DNA of 64,000 bases from an uncultured Halanaerobiales bacterium (lineage in GTDB: Bacteria > Bacillota > Halanaerobiia > B1SED10-174): NCBI GenBank assembly GCA_964568715.1, contig CAZMQU010000006.1, forward strand, positions 42,249 to 106,248. The letters are read 5' to 3'. The position numbers and the translations under genes were made by a program. Below are positions 1 through 9,857 of the stretch, one piece after another. Each line of letters opens with the position of its first letter. The first letter of the stretch is position 1. The notes below the pieces were generated by a model that worked only from the letters and a program-made list of their open reading frames with translations, ran no database searches and was not told where the DNA came from.

Positions 1-200
1 CCTCTTTGGTCTTTAACTTTGGAGCTACCGGTAGCTTCAGCCTTCAAGAAGGGTTATTTGATGCAATATTGCCCGGGCTGTTGTCAATCTCAGTGGTTCT
101 TTTGTTATACAGTCTATTTAAGAAAGGTACTTCAAGCTTAAAGGTGTTAGGAATCTTGGTGGCTATAGGTACTGTCTTTGGCCTACTGGGTATAATTTAA
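1..200 (+). CDS. C-terminal fragment of a polytopic membrane protein, PTS mannose-family IID-like (gene continues upstream of window)
   Basis: ORF open to window start; hydrophobic C-terminus with ILPGLL...LLYSLFKK...LGILVAIG pattern resembling ManZ-type IID tails; sits directly upstream of a IIC gene. Confidence 0.35.
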   Translation, partial: SLVFNFGATGSFSLQEGLFDAILPGLLSISVVLLLYSLFKKGTSSLKVLGILVAIGTVFGLLGII

Positions 201-218
201 GAGAGGGGAGATGCAGAA

Positions 219-1019
219 ATGACTGTTAGTGTTCTTCAAGCTTCATTGATTGGTCTAATTTATTATCTATATGACTGTCCTTGGTTTCCAAATATCGGCT
301 ACTCTATTTTTTCCAAGCCGCTCGTCATAGGACCCCTAGTTGGGTTAATTTTAGGCGACGTTGCCACCGGTCTTCAGGTGGGCATCTCCATTCAATTAAT
401 TTATATGGGTGTCATAGTTGCGGGAGGTTCTATGCCCAGTGATACGGCTCTGGCCGGCACGGCCGGGGCTGCTTTGGCCATACTCCTTAGGCCTAGCTTA
501 GGTGATTCTGCTATTGATGCTGCTCTGGCAATGGCGGTAGCTTTAGGTACTGTCGGGACTATGCGCTTCGTAGCCAGGATGACTTGGTGTACCTTTTTTA
601 ACCGGATAGCAGAGAAACATGCTAAAGAAGGTAACCTTAGGGGGCTATCCCTCTGGAATCTCTGGCTGCCACAATTGGTTTTGGCCATCTTCTCCATCGT
701 ACCGGTTGCGGCCTTGGTATATGCACTGGGTGATGCAACGGTTTTAGCAGGATTGAATAATATCCTTTCATCTATTTCCAAACCCTTGTTTGCTATTGGG
801 CAACTGTTACCCAGCCTGGGCATTGCCTTGTTGCTGTCTACCATCGGTGACAAGAAGACGATTCCGATATTTGTAATTGCTTTCATAGTTGCCAAATCGA
901 TTGGTCTATCGGTCATTGAAATAACCGTTATTACCGGTCTTGCAGCATTTTTGCTGGTATTTGTCGCAGACAAAAAGAAGGATGACGGGTTAAATGGGGA
1001 CTTACCGGAACTCATCTAA
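219..1019 (+). CDS. PTS mannose/fructose/sorbose-family IIC component
   Basis: 266 aa polytopic protein; LVGLILGD..TG and AEKHAKEGNL motifs align with ManY/AgaW-type IIC; RBS gagaggggag upstream. Confidence 0.75.
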   Translation: MTVSVLQASLIGLIYYLYDCPWFPNIGYSIFSKPLVIGPLVGLILGDVATGLQVGISIQLIYMGVIVAGGSMPSDTALAGTAGAALAILLRPSLGDSAIDAALAMAVALGTVGTMRFVARMTWCTFFNRIAEKHAKEGNLRGLSLWNLWLPQLVLAIFSIVPVAALVYALGDATVLAGLNNILSSISKPLFAIGQLLPSLGIALLLSTIGDKKTIPIFVIAFIVAKSIGLSVIEITVITGLAAFLLVFVADKKKDDGLNGDLPELI

Positions 1020-1077
1020 AAGACAGACTAGCGTGGCTGGTGTGAAAAGGGAAAATGTGATGTAAACCAATAGAGAA

Positions 1078-1114
1078 GGGCTGGAGGCAATTTGTCTCCA
1101 GCCCTTACTTGTTT
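1078..1114 (+). terminator. Rho-independent terminator-like hairpin after PTS IIC
   Basis: gggctggag / ctccagccc 9-bp perfect stem with 9-nt loop followed by T-rich ttacttgttt. Confidence 0.5.
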
Positions 1115-1234
1115 GGGATAATATCCATAGCAAGACTCTAAAGATCGGAGTATTCGGCTTGCATATGAAGTGCCCTGTTAAATTGAATTGCGAACCTTAA
1201 AAGCCTGTTAATGCTGTATTTTTTAGATAAGTAA

Positions 1235-2212
1235 TTATTTGCGTAGTTTCAGTAGTTCAAGGGCGGTATTTTCATCTGTGATTAGAACATTAATCAAACC
1301 TGACAGTAGTGTTGCGTGTATGGCTTCCAGCTTATAGATGCCGCCGGCAACCGCCAAACGCACCTTGGCTTTTTTGATTTGTTTTTCTGTAGCGGCAACA
1401 AGCCTTCCTTCGCAAGTAGTAGGTATCCGACCGTCCGGTAGGATAAACTGTAAATTGACTTCTGTTACAGGATGTGCCTTTGTTTCCTTCAGAAAAGCAT
1501 CCAACGCACTATCGTAATATGGATTAGGTTCCCTTGCTTGGTGAACAGTGCCTATGCCAAGAACCACCCAATCCAGTTTATCCCATAGGCTTACAACTTC
1601 ACGGGAGCGAGGTTCTTCCAAGACCGATGCCCGGTATTTTTCATCATCCAAGAGTGCCGGGGCGTATAGGTATTTTGCGACTCCGCCTAAAGCCTTGGCT
1701 GCTCGATTAATTATTTCATTGAAAGGTCTATCGGCATCATATTCGCCAATTCCTCCCGATAGTGGTAACACTGTAGGACGGGTGTGTTTTTTTGTTTTAA
1801 GGGCCATGGCGGTTTCGTAAATTGTTTTTCCTCTGCCTAATCCCAAGACGGATTGGCTGGGCATATTGTTCATTATATAGCGCGCCGCCTCAGTGGCTAT
1901 TTTGGGAACAATGACTTCTTGCTTGTCAACCATGGAGGGGACTACAATTGCATCGAGTAGGCCGAATGTCTCCAACAAAGTGGATTGTACTTCGGAATTA
2001 CGGGACAGTGGGTTTTGGATTTTTATTTCCACAATTCCGTGTTGCCGGGCTTGACGGAGCAATCTGGAGACCTTAGGCCTGGAAACTCCCAGAATTTTGC
2101 CGACTTGTTCTTGAGTCATTTCTTTTTCATATGAAAGTTGTGCCGCTGCTACCATTAATCTTATTTCATCCCGGGATGGTTTCTTTATTGCCGAGTCATC
2201 ATTTCTTGTCAT
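1235..2212 (-). CDS. SorC/DeoR-family sugar-binding transcriptional regulator (CggR-like)
   Basis: 325 aa; N-terminal HTH (QEQVGKILGVSRPKVSRLL) plus C-terminal sugar-phosphate binding domain typical of SorC/CggR. Confidence 0.75.
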   Translation of the reverse strand: MTRNDDSAIKKPSRDEIRLMVAAAQLSYEKEMTQEQVGKILGVSRPKVSRLLRQARQHGIVEIKIQNPLSRNSEVQSTLLETFGLLDAIVVPSMVDKQEVIVPKIATEAARYIMNNMPSQSVLGLGRGKTIYETAMALKTKKHTRPTVLPLSGGIGEYDADRPFNEIINRAAKALGGVAKYLYAPALLDDEKYRASVLEEPRSREVVSLWDKLDWVVLGIGTVHQAREPNPYYDSALDAFLKETKAHPVTEVNLQFILPDGRIPTTCEGRLVAATEKQIKKAKVRLAVAGGIYKLEAIHATLLSGLINVLITDENTALELLKLRK

Positions 2213-2597
2213 TTTCCAACACCTCTTGTAATAATATATATTGTTTTGTAACCAACCAATTCGTTATGACCGGGACTACCCTTTTATACTAACAATAATT
2301 ATTAACTTATGCAAATTGTAGCATGCTTTAGGAGGGCTCAAAGATCCCCTTTAAAGTAATTTATTTTTAACAAAATAAGGGAATTATAAAAAAATAAATA
2401 ATGCCGGCTGAAAACGCAATTAAGGTTAACATAGCCAGGCAAGGTTTGTCTTTGCAATGTATTTAAGTTGTTGCCAGCAAATCCGGAGCCCCGGTTAAAA
2501 ATGGAGCAACCTTGAAATAGATATCAAAACCGCTAACTACGATAAAGGTTTGGTAAAGAGGGCCCGAGAAAAGGGTTTGCAAAGGACATCGAAACTT

Positions 2598-3161
2598 TTA
2601 ACCCCGTATGGTGTATTTCTTTTTTCTTGTTTTTGTAGTGAAATAGTCTTTAATCAGGTAGTAGAGGCCTCTGATGCCACTATAGATACCCCAACCGAGG
2701 AAGAGGCCCACTATGGCGTATATCAGGCCTTCCACTGTGGTGGGGATTCCCGGTGTAAAATAACGCCAGGTTTGGGCTGCTATCTCCCAATCAGCCTCCC
2801 GTAAAAAAGTCCATAAACGGGTAAGAGGTGTTGCCTCTAGTAGCTTGAACAAGGATTTTTCCAAGGCATAGAATCGTTCGGTGATTTGGCTAATTTGTTC
2901 GCCGGAAGTAACGAAAACCGGGTTGTTTGCTGCCAGGTGTATACTTACGTATTCTTCAAAGGTCAAATTCAGTGAATTGGCCGCTTTAATATAGAGGTCA
3001 ACGATTCTGCGAGCTTCGTCAAGATGGCCGCCCAGCCTTTGTATGTATTGACTGAAAAATTGCGGAAACTGGACTAGGACAAATACACCGACAACCGCAG
3101 CTACTCTATCCAATAAGCTATCAATAATCCTTATAGGATAATGCCACCACTTCTTTCTCAT
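2598..3161 (-). CDS. hypothetical membrane protein (TM helices at both ends)
   Basis: 187 aa ORF with N- and C-terminal hydrophobic segments; no recognisable family from sequence alone. Confidence 0.4.
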   Translation of the reverse strand: MRKKWWHYPIRIIDSLLDRVAAVVGVFVLVQFPQFFSQYIQRLGGHLDEARRIVDLYIKAANSLNLTFEEYVSIHLAANNPVFVTSGEQISQITERFYALEKSLFKLLEATPLTRLWTFLREADWEIAAQTWRYFTPGIPTTVEGLIYAIVGLFLGWGIYSGIRGLYYLIKDYFTTKTRKKKYTIRG

Positions 3162-3348
3162 TAATGCACCTCCCCGGCTTTAATAATTCTCCTACTATTA
3201 AATTACGGTGTAGTTATTCAATTTCCTGCAAGTATTTGGGGGGAAGGGTGTAAATATGTCAATACTTGGTATCAATTCAGTTTTTGAATCGCTCTTTCTT
3301 ATAAAAAATGAAAAATGATGTAAAAAGGGAGGAACTTTTCGGTGGGGT

Positions 3349-4502
3349 ATGACCCAAAACCCGCGCGGCATGTTCAATCCTATTCTCTACACCGAAGTAT
3401 ATGACGGCACCATTATCAACGTAATATACGATGGCTTAATTGCCATAGGGCCGGATTTACAGCCGGAACCGCGCATTGCAAAAAGTTGGGAGTTTTCCGA
3501 AGATGGGTTGTCGATTACTTTCCACCTCAATGAGGGTGTGAAATTCCATGATGGCGTTGAGCTGACTGCAAAAGATGTTGCTTTTACATACCGGACTATT
3601 TGCCATCCTGATTATACAGGGGTCCGCTTCGGAGATTTCCGCGTCCTTAAGGGTGCCGAAGATTACAATGAAGGATTGACTGATGATGTAGAAGGGATAG
3701 AGGTAATTGATGATTACACAATACGCTTTACCATAACTATGCTTGTTTCAATTTGAGGCTGGATTTGTTTGCCGATCGCAATGTCCGCCAAGCAATGACT
3801 TATGCCTATGATCGGGAAACCATCGTTGAATTTATCCGTGACGGTTTCGGTATCGTGGCCAACGCACCCATGCCCCAAGCCTCCTGGGCTTTTACCGAAG
3901 AAGGCATCAATGATTATGCCTATAATCCTGAGAAGGCCAAAAAACTCTTGGCCGATGCAGGGTGGAAGCCCGGTCGGGACGGAATTTTGGAAAAAGATGG
4001 TCAGAGATTTGAATTCGAGTTTGTATACTCGGAAGGGACTCGCCAAGGTGAGCAAGAAGTTTTATTGTTCCAACAAAACCTAGCAGACATCGGTATCAAG
4101 GTTAATTTGCGGCCCCTGGAATTCAGTGCTGCCGTCGACCGGATAGATGCCCGTGAATTTGATATGTATGCGTTGGCTTGGAACTTGGCCGTTGACCCGG
4201 ATACCTACTCAATCTTGTATTCAACTTCACCGTGGAATGACCCCGGTTTTATCAATACCCGTTCCGACGAGTTGATTGATATGGGCCGCGTGGAGTTGGA
4301 TGTGAATAAACGGGCGGAAATATATGCAGAATGGCAACGTTTGATCAACAGCGAATTGCCGTACATTTTTATCTCTTATGGCGTTGAAATTGCCTCCATA
4401 AACGAAAGAGTGCAAGGAATTGATACCAATCCTGGCCCGGGAGGTTTGTTCAGCTTCGGGGCTGACTACTTGAGCACCATTTGGTTGAAAGACCTCAACT
4501 AG
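3349..4502 (+). pseudogene. family-5 (OppA/DppA-like) peptide ABC substrate-binding protein, disrupted: no signal peptide, frameshift near 3753, internal deletion
   Basis: two overlapping ORFs (3349-3756, 3753-4502) in different frames carrying consecutive SBP_bac_5 segments (KSWEFSEDGLSITFHLNEGVKFHDG ... NVRQAMTYAYDRE ... C-terminal W-rich end); combined about 384 aa versus about 520 expected. Confidence 0.65.
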
Positions 4503-4580
4503 TATGTTTATAGTAAAAGATGGTATGGCAGGCCCTTGTAAGCCTGCCATACCAATTTAGAAAAGGCGGAGTGATAGTAT

Positions 4581-5256
4581 ATGTGGATATATTTATTGCG
4601 CCGGACTCTACTGCAAGGAATACCGGTAATATTGGGATTTACTTTTCTTTTGTATTTGATAATCGACTTTGCTCCGGGCAGTCCTGTTAGCCACCTACGA
4701 GGTATACCGGAACTTGATCCCCGTCTCATTGAACAACGTGAGGCCTAGCTAGGCTTGGATCAGCCCTTTATCAGTCGCTACTTTTCTTGGTTAGGCGGAG
4801 TTTTGCGGGGTGATTTGGGAAAATCCTTCGATAGTGGACGCCGCCCTGTTGCTGAGTTGATTGCCGAACGCATGCCCAAGACGATATTACTTTCGGTTGC
4901 GAGCATTATTCTGGGTTGGGGCTTTGGAAGTAATTCGCCAGGACTACTTGCGTACCGCAAAAGCCAAAGGGCTGCGGGAAAGAGTTGTTATCTATAAACA
5001 TGCTTTGCGCAATGCAATGATTCCGATTCTGACTTTGATGGGTTATTTGATACCCCTAATATTTTCCGGTGCCATTATAGTGGAGTCGATTTTTTCGTGG
5101 CCCGGCTTGGGTTTGCTAGGTATACAGGCTACCCACGAGCGGAATTACCCTGTAATGATGGGAATAAATTTGATGTTTGCCGTCCTGATATTTATAGGAA
5201 ATGTTGTAGCCGATATCTCATATGCTCTGGCTGATCCCAGAATAAGGTATGATTGA
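4581..5256 (+). pseudogene. DppB/OppB-like ABC permease broken into three frames (premature stop plus frameshifts, central part missing)
   Basis: 4581 ATG gives MWIYLLRRTLLQGIPVILGF...APGSP then stop; 4755-4997 continues (LGLDQPFISRYFSWLGGVLRGDLGKS); 4861-5256 gives C-terminal permease core (ESIFSWPGLG ... YALADPRIRY). Confidence 0.6.
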
Positions 5257-5830
5257 GGAGGGACAAGCAATGGAAAGTAATATCGAAACCAGAAGAAATA
5301 TCGAATCTCCTTGGCGCGTGGCCTGGCGCAGATTTAAGAAAAACCGTCTGGCTTTATTGGGTACTGTTATTCTTGGTATATTTATTCTATTGGCAACATT
5401 TGCCCCTTTCTTGACCCCTCATGATCCCAATAGGTCCAATTATCGGCAACAAAAACAACCGCCTTCGGGAGAACATCTTTTGGGTACCGATGACATGGGA
5501 AGGGACGTATTGACCAGAACATTGTATGGCGGACGGATTTCATTGACCGTTGGTATCGTATCGGTCTCCATATCTTTGGTCATCGGCGTTATTCTGGGCG
5601 CTATTGCCGGTGCCATTCTTTCAGAGGCCAGTTTGAGTTTTTTGGGTTTGGGGGTACCGCCCCCCTCACCCAGCTGGGGCAATATGCTTAACAGTGCACG
5701 CCCCTTATTGTATTTGCGCAATTATCCCTGGATGTGGATTCCCCCCGGTGTTGCCATTTTTTTATCAATTTTGAGCATTAATTTTATTGGTGACGGTTTG
5801 CGGGACGCCCTCGATCCGAGGCAAGAGTAG
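5249..5830 (+). pseudogene. DppC/OppC-like ABC permease, shortened (193 aa, internal deletion of central TM region); no ATPase genes follow
   Basis: N-terminal DppC signature (LLGTDDMGRDVLTRTLYGGRISL) and C-terminal LSFLGLGVPPP..FIGDGLRDALDPR present but about 100 aa of the middle missing. Confidence 0.5.
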
Positions 5831-5994
5831 GTATTTTTTTATCGTTGGCAAAGTATAATAATTATATAGCCGGAAAAACAGGACAGCCTTGGCTCGATTT
5901 CCTGTCGGGCCGATATTTGAAATCATTTAAGGTGGCTGAAGTACTGATAAAATATGGTATATATCGATCTGGATATTTTTAAACGGATAAGCAA

Positions 5995-6032
5995 GGAGGC
6001 AGAATAACTCTGCCTCCCTTTATTTTGTTTTT
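5995..6032 (+). terminator. Rho-independent terminator
   Basis: ggaggcag / ctgcctcc stem, 7-nt loop, followed by ctttattttgttttt. Confidence 0.55.
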
Positions 6033-6098
6033 AGGCTGCAATCTTGCTTGCCCGTGTTAATTGTTTTCCATTACTGTTTATTTATCGTTAATCAGCAG

Positions 6099-7487
6099 TT
6101 AAATGATACTCAACAAAGAAGCCAGACGGGCAACGATAAAACAGACTAGAATTGCTACAATTGTAGGCATCATTGCACCGAAAAGTGCCCATTTTGTTCC
6201 CGCCTCTTTCTTTATGGTCAAAAGGGTGGTACCGCAGGGAAAGTGTAGTAGGGAGAAAAGCATTGTATTGAGAATGGTTATAATATTCCAGCCATTGGCT
6301 GAAAAGATTTCCCGCATAGTCTGCAAAGTAGCCATTTCGTGCATGGTATCCAAAGACAGGTAGCTCATGATTAAAATTGGTATAACGATCTCGTTGGCAG
6401 GCAAGGCAACGATAAAGGCCATAACAATAAAGCCATCCAGGCCTATCAGGCGACCGAAAGGATCGAGAAATCCTGCTATATGGCTGATTAAATTGGCATC
6501 GCCAATATAAATATTGGCCAGCAGATAGGTGATTGCTCCGGCCGGAGCGGCTACAATGACTGCTCGACTAAGAACAAAAAGAGTTCGGTCCAGGAAGGAT
6601 CGGATGAGGATACGACCAATTTGGGGGCGCCTGTAGGGGGGCAATTCCAAAGTAAAAGATGAAGACTCACCTTTTAAAAAAGTGCGGGAAAGGAAAAATG
6701 ATACCATTAGAGTTATGGCTATACCAACCAATACCATAATAACGACTATCGAAGTTGCCAAAAGGGAATTGTAGCTTGAAGAAGCCAATCCTCCCGCTAA
6801 AAGTGCCGCCATCGTCAATAGGAGGGGAAAGCGACCGTTGCAGGGTACAAATGTATTGGTTAGAATAGCGATTAATTTTTCCCGGGGTGAGTCGATGATA
6901 CGGCAGGCAATAACGCCGGCGGCATTGCAACCAAAGCCCATGGCCATTGTCAAGGCCTGCTTGCCATGGGCGCCGGCAATTTTAAAGAAACGATCCAGGT
7001 TGAAGGCGATGCGGGGTAAATAGCCTAAATCTTCAAAGAAGGTAAAAAGGGGGAAAAAAATGGCCATAGGGGGGAGCATGACGGCAATGACCCAAGCTAA
7101 TGTTCTGTAAACCCCTAAAACCAATACACCATGCAGCCAAGCAGGTGCCTGTAAATATTGAAATCCCTTTGTAAGATAATCTTGGCAATTCATAAACAAT
7201 TTGAATAAAAATTCGGAGGGATATTCAGCCCCCTGGATGCTAAGCCAAAATATAAGCCCCAGCAAGGCTGCCATTAGCGGAAAGGCCAAGTATTTTGAAG
7301 TAATAATATCGTCGATACGTTGGCTGCCGTCTTTATAATTTTTACGTTTTGTCACAGTCTTGGCCAAGATGTCTTCCGCATCCTTATAAATGCTGCCGAC
7401 GACCAAATCAGCCCAATCTGTCGGTAAGTCTTTTTTAACGTTGTTACTTTCTGAGGCCATCTTTTGCCATACTTTTCTCTTGTCCAT
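6099..7487 (-). CDS. feoB: ferrous iron transporter FeoB, membrane (C-terminal) portion
   Basis: 462 aa; gate/nucleoside-recognition motifs and 8 or more TM segments typical of FeoB core; starts with ATG 11 nt after stop of GTPase ORF, RBS ggggaaaaaag. Confidence 0.8.
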   Translation of the reverse strand: MDKRKVWQKMASESNNVKKDLPTDWADLVVGSIYKDAEDILAKTVTKRKNYKDGSQRIDDIITSKYLAFPLMAALLGLIFWLSIQGAEYPSEFLFKLFMNCQDYLTKGFQYLQAPAWLHGVLVLGVYRTLAWVIAVMLPPMAIFFPLFTFFEDLGYLPRIAFNLDRFFKIAGAHGKQALTMAMGFGCNAAGVIACRIIDSPREKLIAILTNTFVPCNGRFPLLLTMAALLAGGLASSSYNSLLATSIVVIMVLVGIAITLMVSFFLSRTFLKGESSSFTLELPPYRRPQIGRILIRSFLDRTLFVLSRAVIVAAPAGAITYLLANIYIGDANLISHIAGFLDPFGRLIGLDGFIVMAFIVALPANEIVIPILIMSYLSLDTMHEMATLQTMREIFSANGWNIITILNTMLFSLLHFPCGTTLLTIKKEAGTKWALFGAMMPTIVAILVCFIVARLASLLSII

Positions 7488-7498
7488 CTTTTTTCCCC

Positions 7499-8266
7499 TT
7501 ATTCACTTATTTTTTTCAATTTTTGCAATAAATCTTGATCCCCTTCCAGGATCTTCAATGCCGCCCAACGGGGATTAATATTTGTCGGCAATATTTCTTG
7601 CAAGCATTTTTGCCATTTGCATATTTTTTTTTCTATCAAGTCCGGATAAGAAACTTGATGAGGGGAGAGGGAAATATTATTATGCACCATGGCTAATATG
7701 GAGTCTTTTAATTCGTCGAGACCTTTCCCATCGCGGGCTGTTGTAGCTAAAACCGGAACACCCAGAGATTGATTAAGAGCTTTTATATCAATTTTTATGC
7801 CCTTACGTTTGGCTTCATCAATTAGGTTTACACAGACAATGGCTTGCGCGGTTATCTCCAAAACCTGCAAGGTCAGATTTAGGTTACGCTCCAGGCAAGT
7901 AGCATCCGTGATTATGATTGTAACGGCAGGATTAACGAAACATATAAAGTCCCGGGCGATTCTTTCTTCTTCCGAATTGGCAATCAAAGAATAGGTGCCG
8001 GGTAAATCGACTAAGAGGAATTTTTGGTTCTTATGGGTAAATATGCCCCAAGCCTGTAAGACGGTTTTGCCGGGCCAGTTGCCGGTGTGCTGTTTTAATC
8101 CGGTAAGAGCATTGAAGACCGTACTTTTGCCCGTATTGGGATTGCCTGCCAAGGCAACAATGGGAATGTCGGGGGGAATGCTTCCGGCGGAATTTTGCCC
8201 TAAGCCAAAAACATTTAAATTATTAGTTGCACTCTTATTCATTTTCCAATTCCCCGGTTTCAGCAA
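7499..8266 (-). CDS. feoB: FeoB N-terminal GTP-binding domain plus helical domain as a separate ORF
   Basis: G1 GNPNTGKST, G3 DLPG, G4 motif region; ends TAA 11 nt before the membrane ORF start. Confidence 0.8.
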   Translation of the reverse strand: MLKPGNWKMNKSATNNLNVFGLGQNSAGSIPPDIPIVALAGNPNTGKSTVFNALTGLKQHTGNWPGKTVLQAWGIFTHKNQKFLLVDLPGTYSLIANSEEERIARDFICFVNPAVTIIITDATCLERNLNLTLQVLEITAQAIVCVNLIDEAKRKGIKIDIKALNQSLGVPVLATTARDGKGLDELKDSILAMVHNNISLSPHQVSYPDLIEKKICKWQKCLQEILPTNINPRWAALKILEGDQDLLQKLKKISE

Positions 8267-8498
8267 AGGGCAAAACGAGTACCCTTTTACCTTCTTCCCG
8301 GCGGAGTGCTATGACCGCATCTTTGACAATGTAAGCGGCCGGATCACCAATAGGGCTGTACCTTAACTTGGTGATTACCGTACCCGGGACCAAACCTAAA
8401 TCCAACAAGCGCCGACGAGTTAAGCCGGCGGCATTCAAGCCCAAAACTGTACATTGCTTTTTTATTGGAATATCGACCAGCGATAGTTCTTTCTTCAT
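8235..8498 (-). CDS. feoA: FeoA family protein
   Basis: 87 aa SH3-like FeoA (LGLVPGTVITKLR..SPIGDP.AY.V); overlaps feoB start. Confidence 0.8.
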   Translation of the reverse strand: MKKELSLVDIPIKKQCTVLGLNAAGLTRRRLLDLGLVPGTVITKLRYSPIGDPAAYIVKDAVIALRREEGKRVLVLPFAETGELENE

Positions 8499-8684
8499 GA
8501 TTTTTAAGACCTCACTTTTCTATGTTTAAACCCAGGGCCGGTTTATAATTAAACGGCCGGGTAGATATATTTAGCCGACGACAATACATTTTATGAAAGA
8601 AAAAAATTACCGGTGCATATTTTTAGACAAAAAAACACCCGACGATTGATAGCGGGTATTTTCAAAGGAATTATTTTTGTTAAT

Positions 8685-9074
8685 TTAATAGCGGATGAGA
8701 TTATCCTTAAAATTTCGTATTCCACCGCGAGGGTTTTTCACATCTCCCAAGTAACGGGGTATGATATGGATATGGAGATGGAATATCGTTTGGCCGGCTA
8801 CCTCTCCTTGATTTATGCCGAAATTAAAGCCATCCGGTCTAAATTCTTTTGTTAAATACCTTTGCACCTCCAGGGCCAATTCATGCAAGGCAAGAATTTC
8901 CCGGGACGTTGCGTCAGAGATATAGGCAAAATGCCTTTTAGGGACCAGTAGTGTGTGGCCGCGGTTGACGGGGTATTTATCAAAAAAAGCAAGAGCCAGT
9001 TCATTTTTGACAATAATTTTGTCGGGGGGAAAGGAACAAAAGATACAATCTTTTTCCATTGCCGGAGCCTCCAA
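8685..9074 (-). CDS. HIT-family (histidine triad) nucleotide hydrolase
   Basis: CIFC...HxHxHIIPR motif (HLHIHIIPR) diagnostic of HIT proteins. Confidence 0.8.
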   Translation of the reverse strand: MEAPAMEKDCIFCSFPPDKIIVKNELALAFFDKYPVNRGHTLLVPKRHFAYISDATSREILALHELALEVQRYLTKEFRPDGFNFGINQGEVAGQTIFHLHIHIIPRYLGDVKNPRGGIRNFKDNLIRY

Positions 9075-9375
9075 TCAAGTACGACATTATTGGCGATCGC
9101 GTCCGGGTAATGATATTGATGATTTGCCGGAGGCAATCATTGCGCGCATATTAATTACTAAAGATAGTTTCAACAGAAGTATTTATCTTCCTCTAGTATT
9201 CCATTTATATCATTTTGAAAAGGCCGTTATTTTTAAGCAGGAATAGCTATTTTCTTTGACGAACAGATTATTTACATCGATAGGATTGTCCTTAAGATGA
9301 GTGAAAACAGATGCCTATAAGATGTCGGAAGGCTTGTAAAAATGATAATATTATGACGCGACGGAGGAATATGAA

Positions 9376-9819
9376 ATGAATCATAAAAATAGATTTGTAG
9401 ATAATCTAAAAGAATTATTACCGGCCACATTTGCTATTTTCAAGCAAGATATTGTTGACGCTTATGGTTGCGATGAATTTCTGACATGGATCGAGGAAGC
9501 GGGGCATAAGCTGGGGATTTTGTCCGTTGATATTGTTATCTGCTTTGATTCTTATAAAAAAAATCTTGCCTACATCAGGTCATTTTTAGAAGGGGAGGAT
9601 GCGCAGGAATTGTCAAGAGTCCCATTTGATACAAGCCAACCCGTACGAGGCAAGGACCTTTTGCAGCTAGCTGTTTTGTTATTTGTTGAAACATTGGACC
9701 AATATTTCGCTTGTACCCTTAAAAAGCAATCAGCCCAAATTTCTTTGGATCAATTTCTTTGTTACCAAAGTGAAAGGTACAAGACTTTAAACAAAAAAAT
9801 AACCGACAATCTACAATAA
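9376..9819 (+). CDS. hypothetical protein
   Basis: 147 aa ORF with good RBS (acggaggaatatgaa ATG); no family recognised. Confidence 0.45.
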   Translation: MNHKNRFVDNLKELLPATFAIFKQDIVDAYGCDEFLTWIEEAGHKLGILSVDIVICFDSYKKNLAYIRSFLEGEDAQELSRVPFDTSQPVRGKDLLQLAVLLFVETLDQYFACTLKKQSAQISLDQFLCYQSERYKTLNKKITDNLQ

Positions 9820-9857
9820 TTGATTATTTTCCAAGAAAAATAAAGGAGGCCGTTAAT

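Noticed and set aside
401-1015. 204-aa ORF antisense to the PTS IIC gene
   Set aside because: Fully embedded antisense of a well-supported membrane gene; no RBS; composition typical of shadow ORF.
7488-7505. Possibility that feoB is one frame interrupted by an in-frame TGA (selenocysteine or read-through)
   Set aside because: Recounting shows the two ORFs are in different frames (11-nt spacer); the GTPase frame ends with TAA, so Sec or read-through does not apply.
8626-8657. Weak hairpin (acccg/cgggt) plus T7 on the minus strand as terminator of the HIT gene
   Set aside because: Stem only 5 bp with 11-nt loop; could function but too weak to call as a feature.
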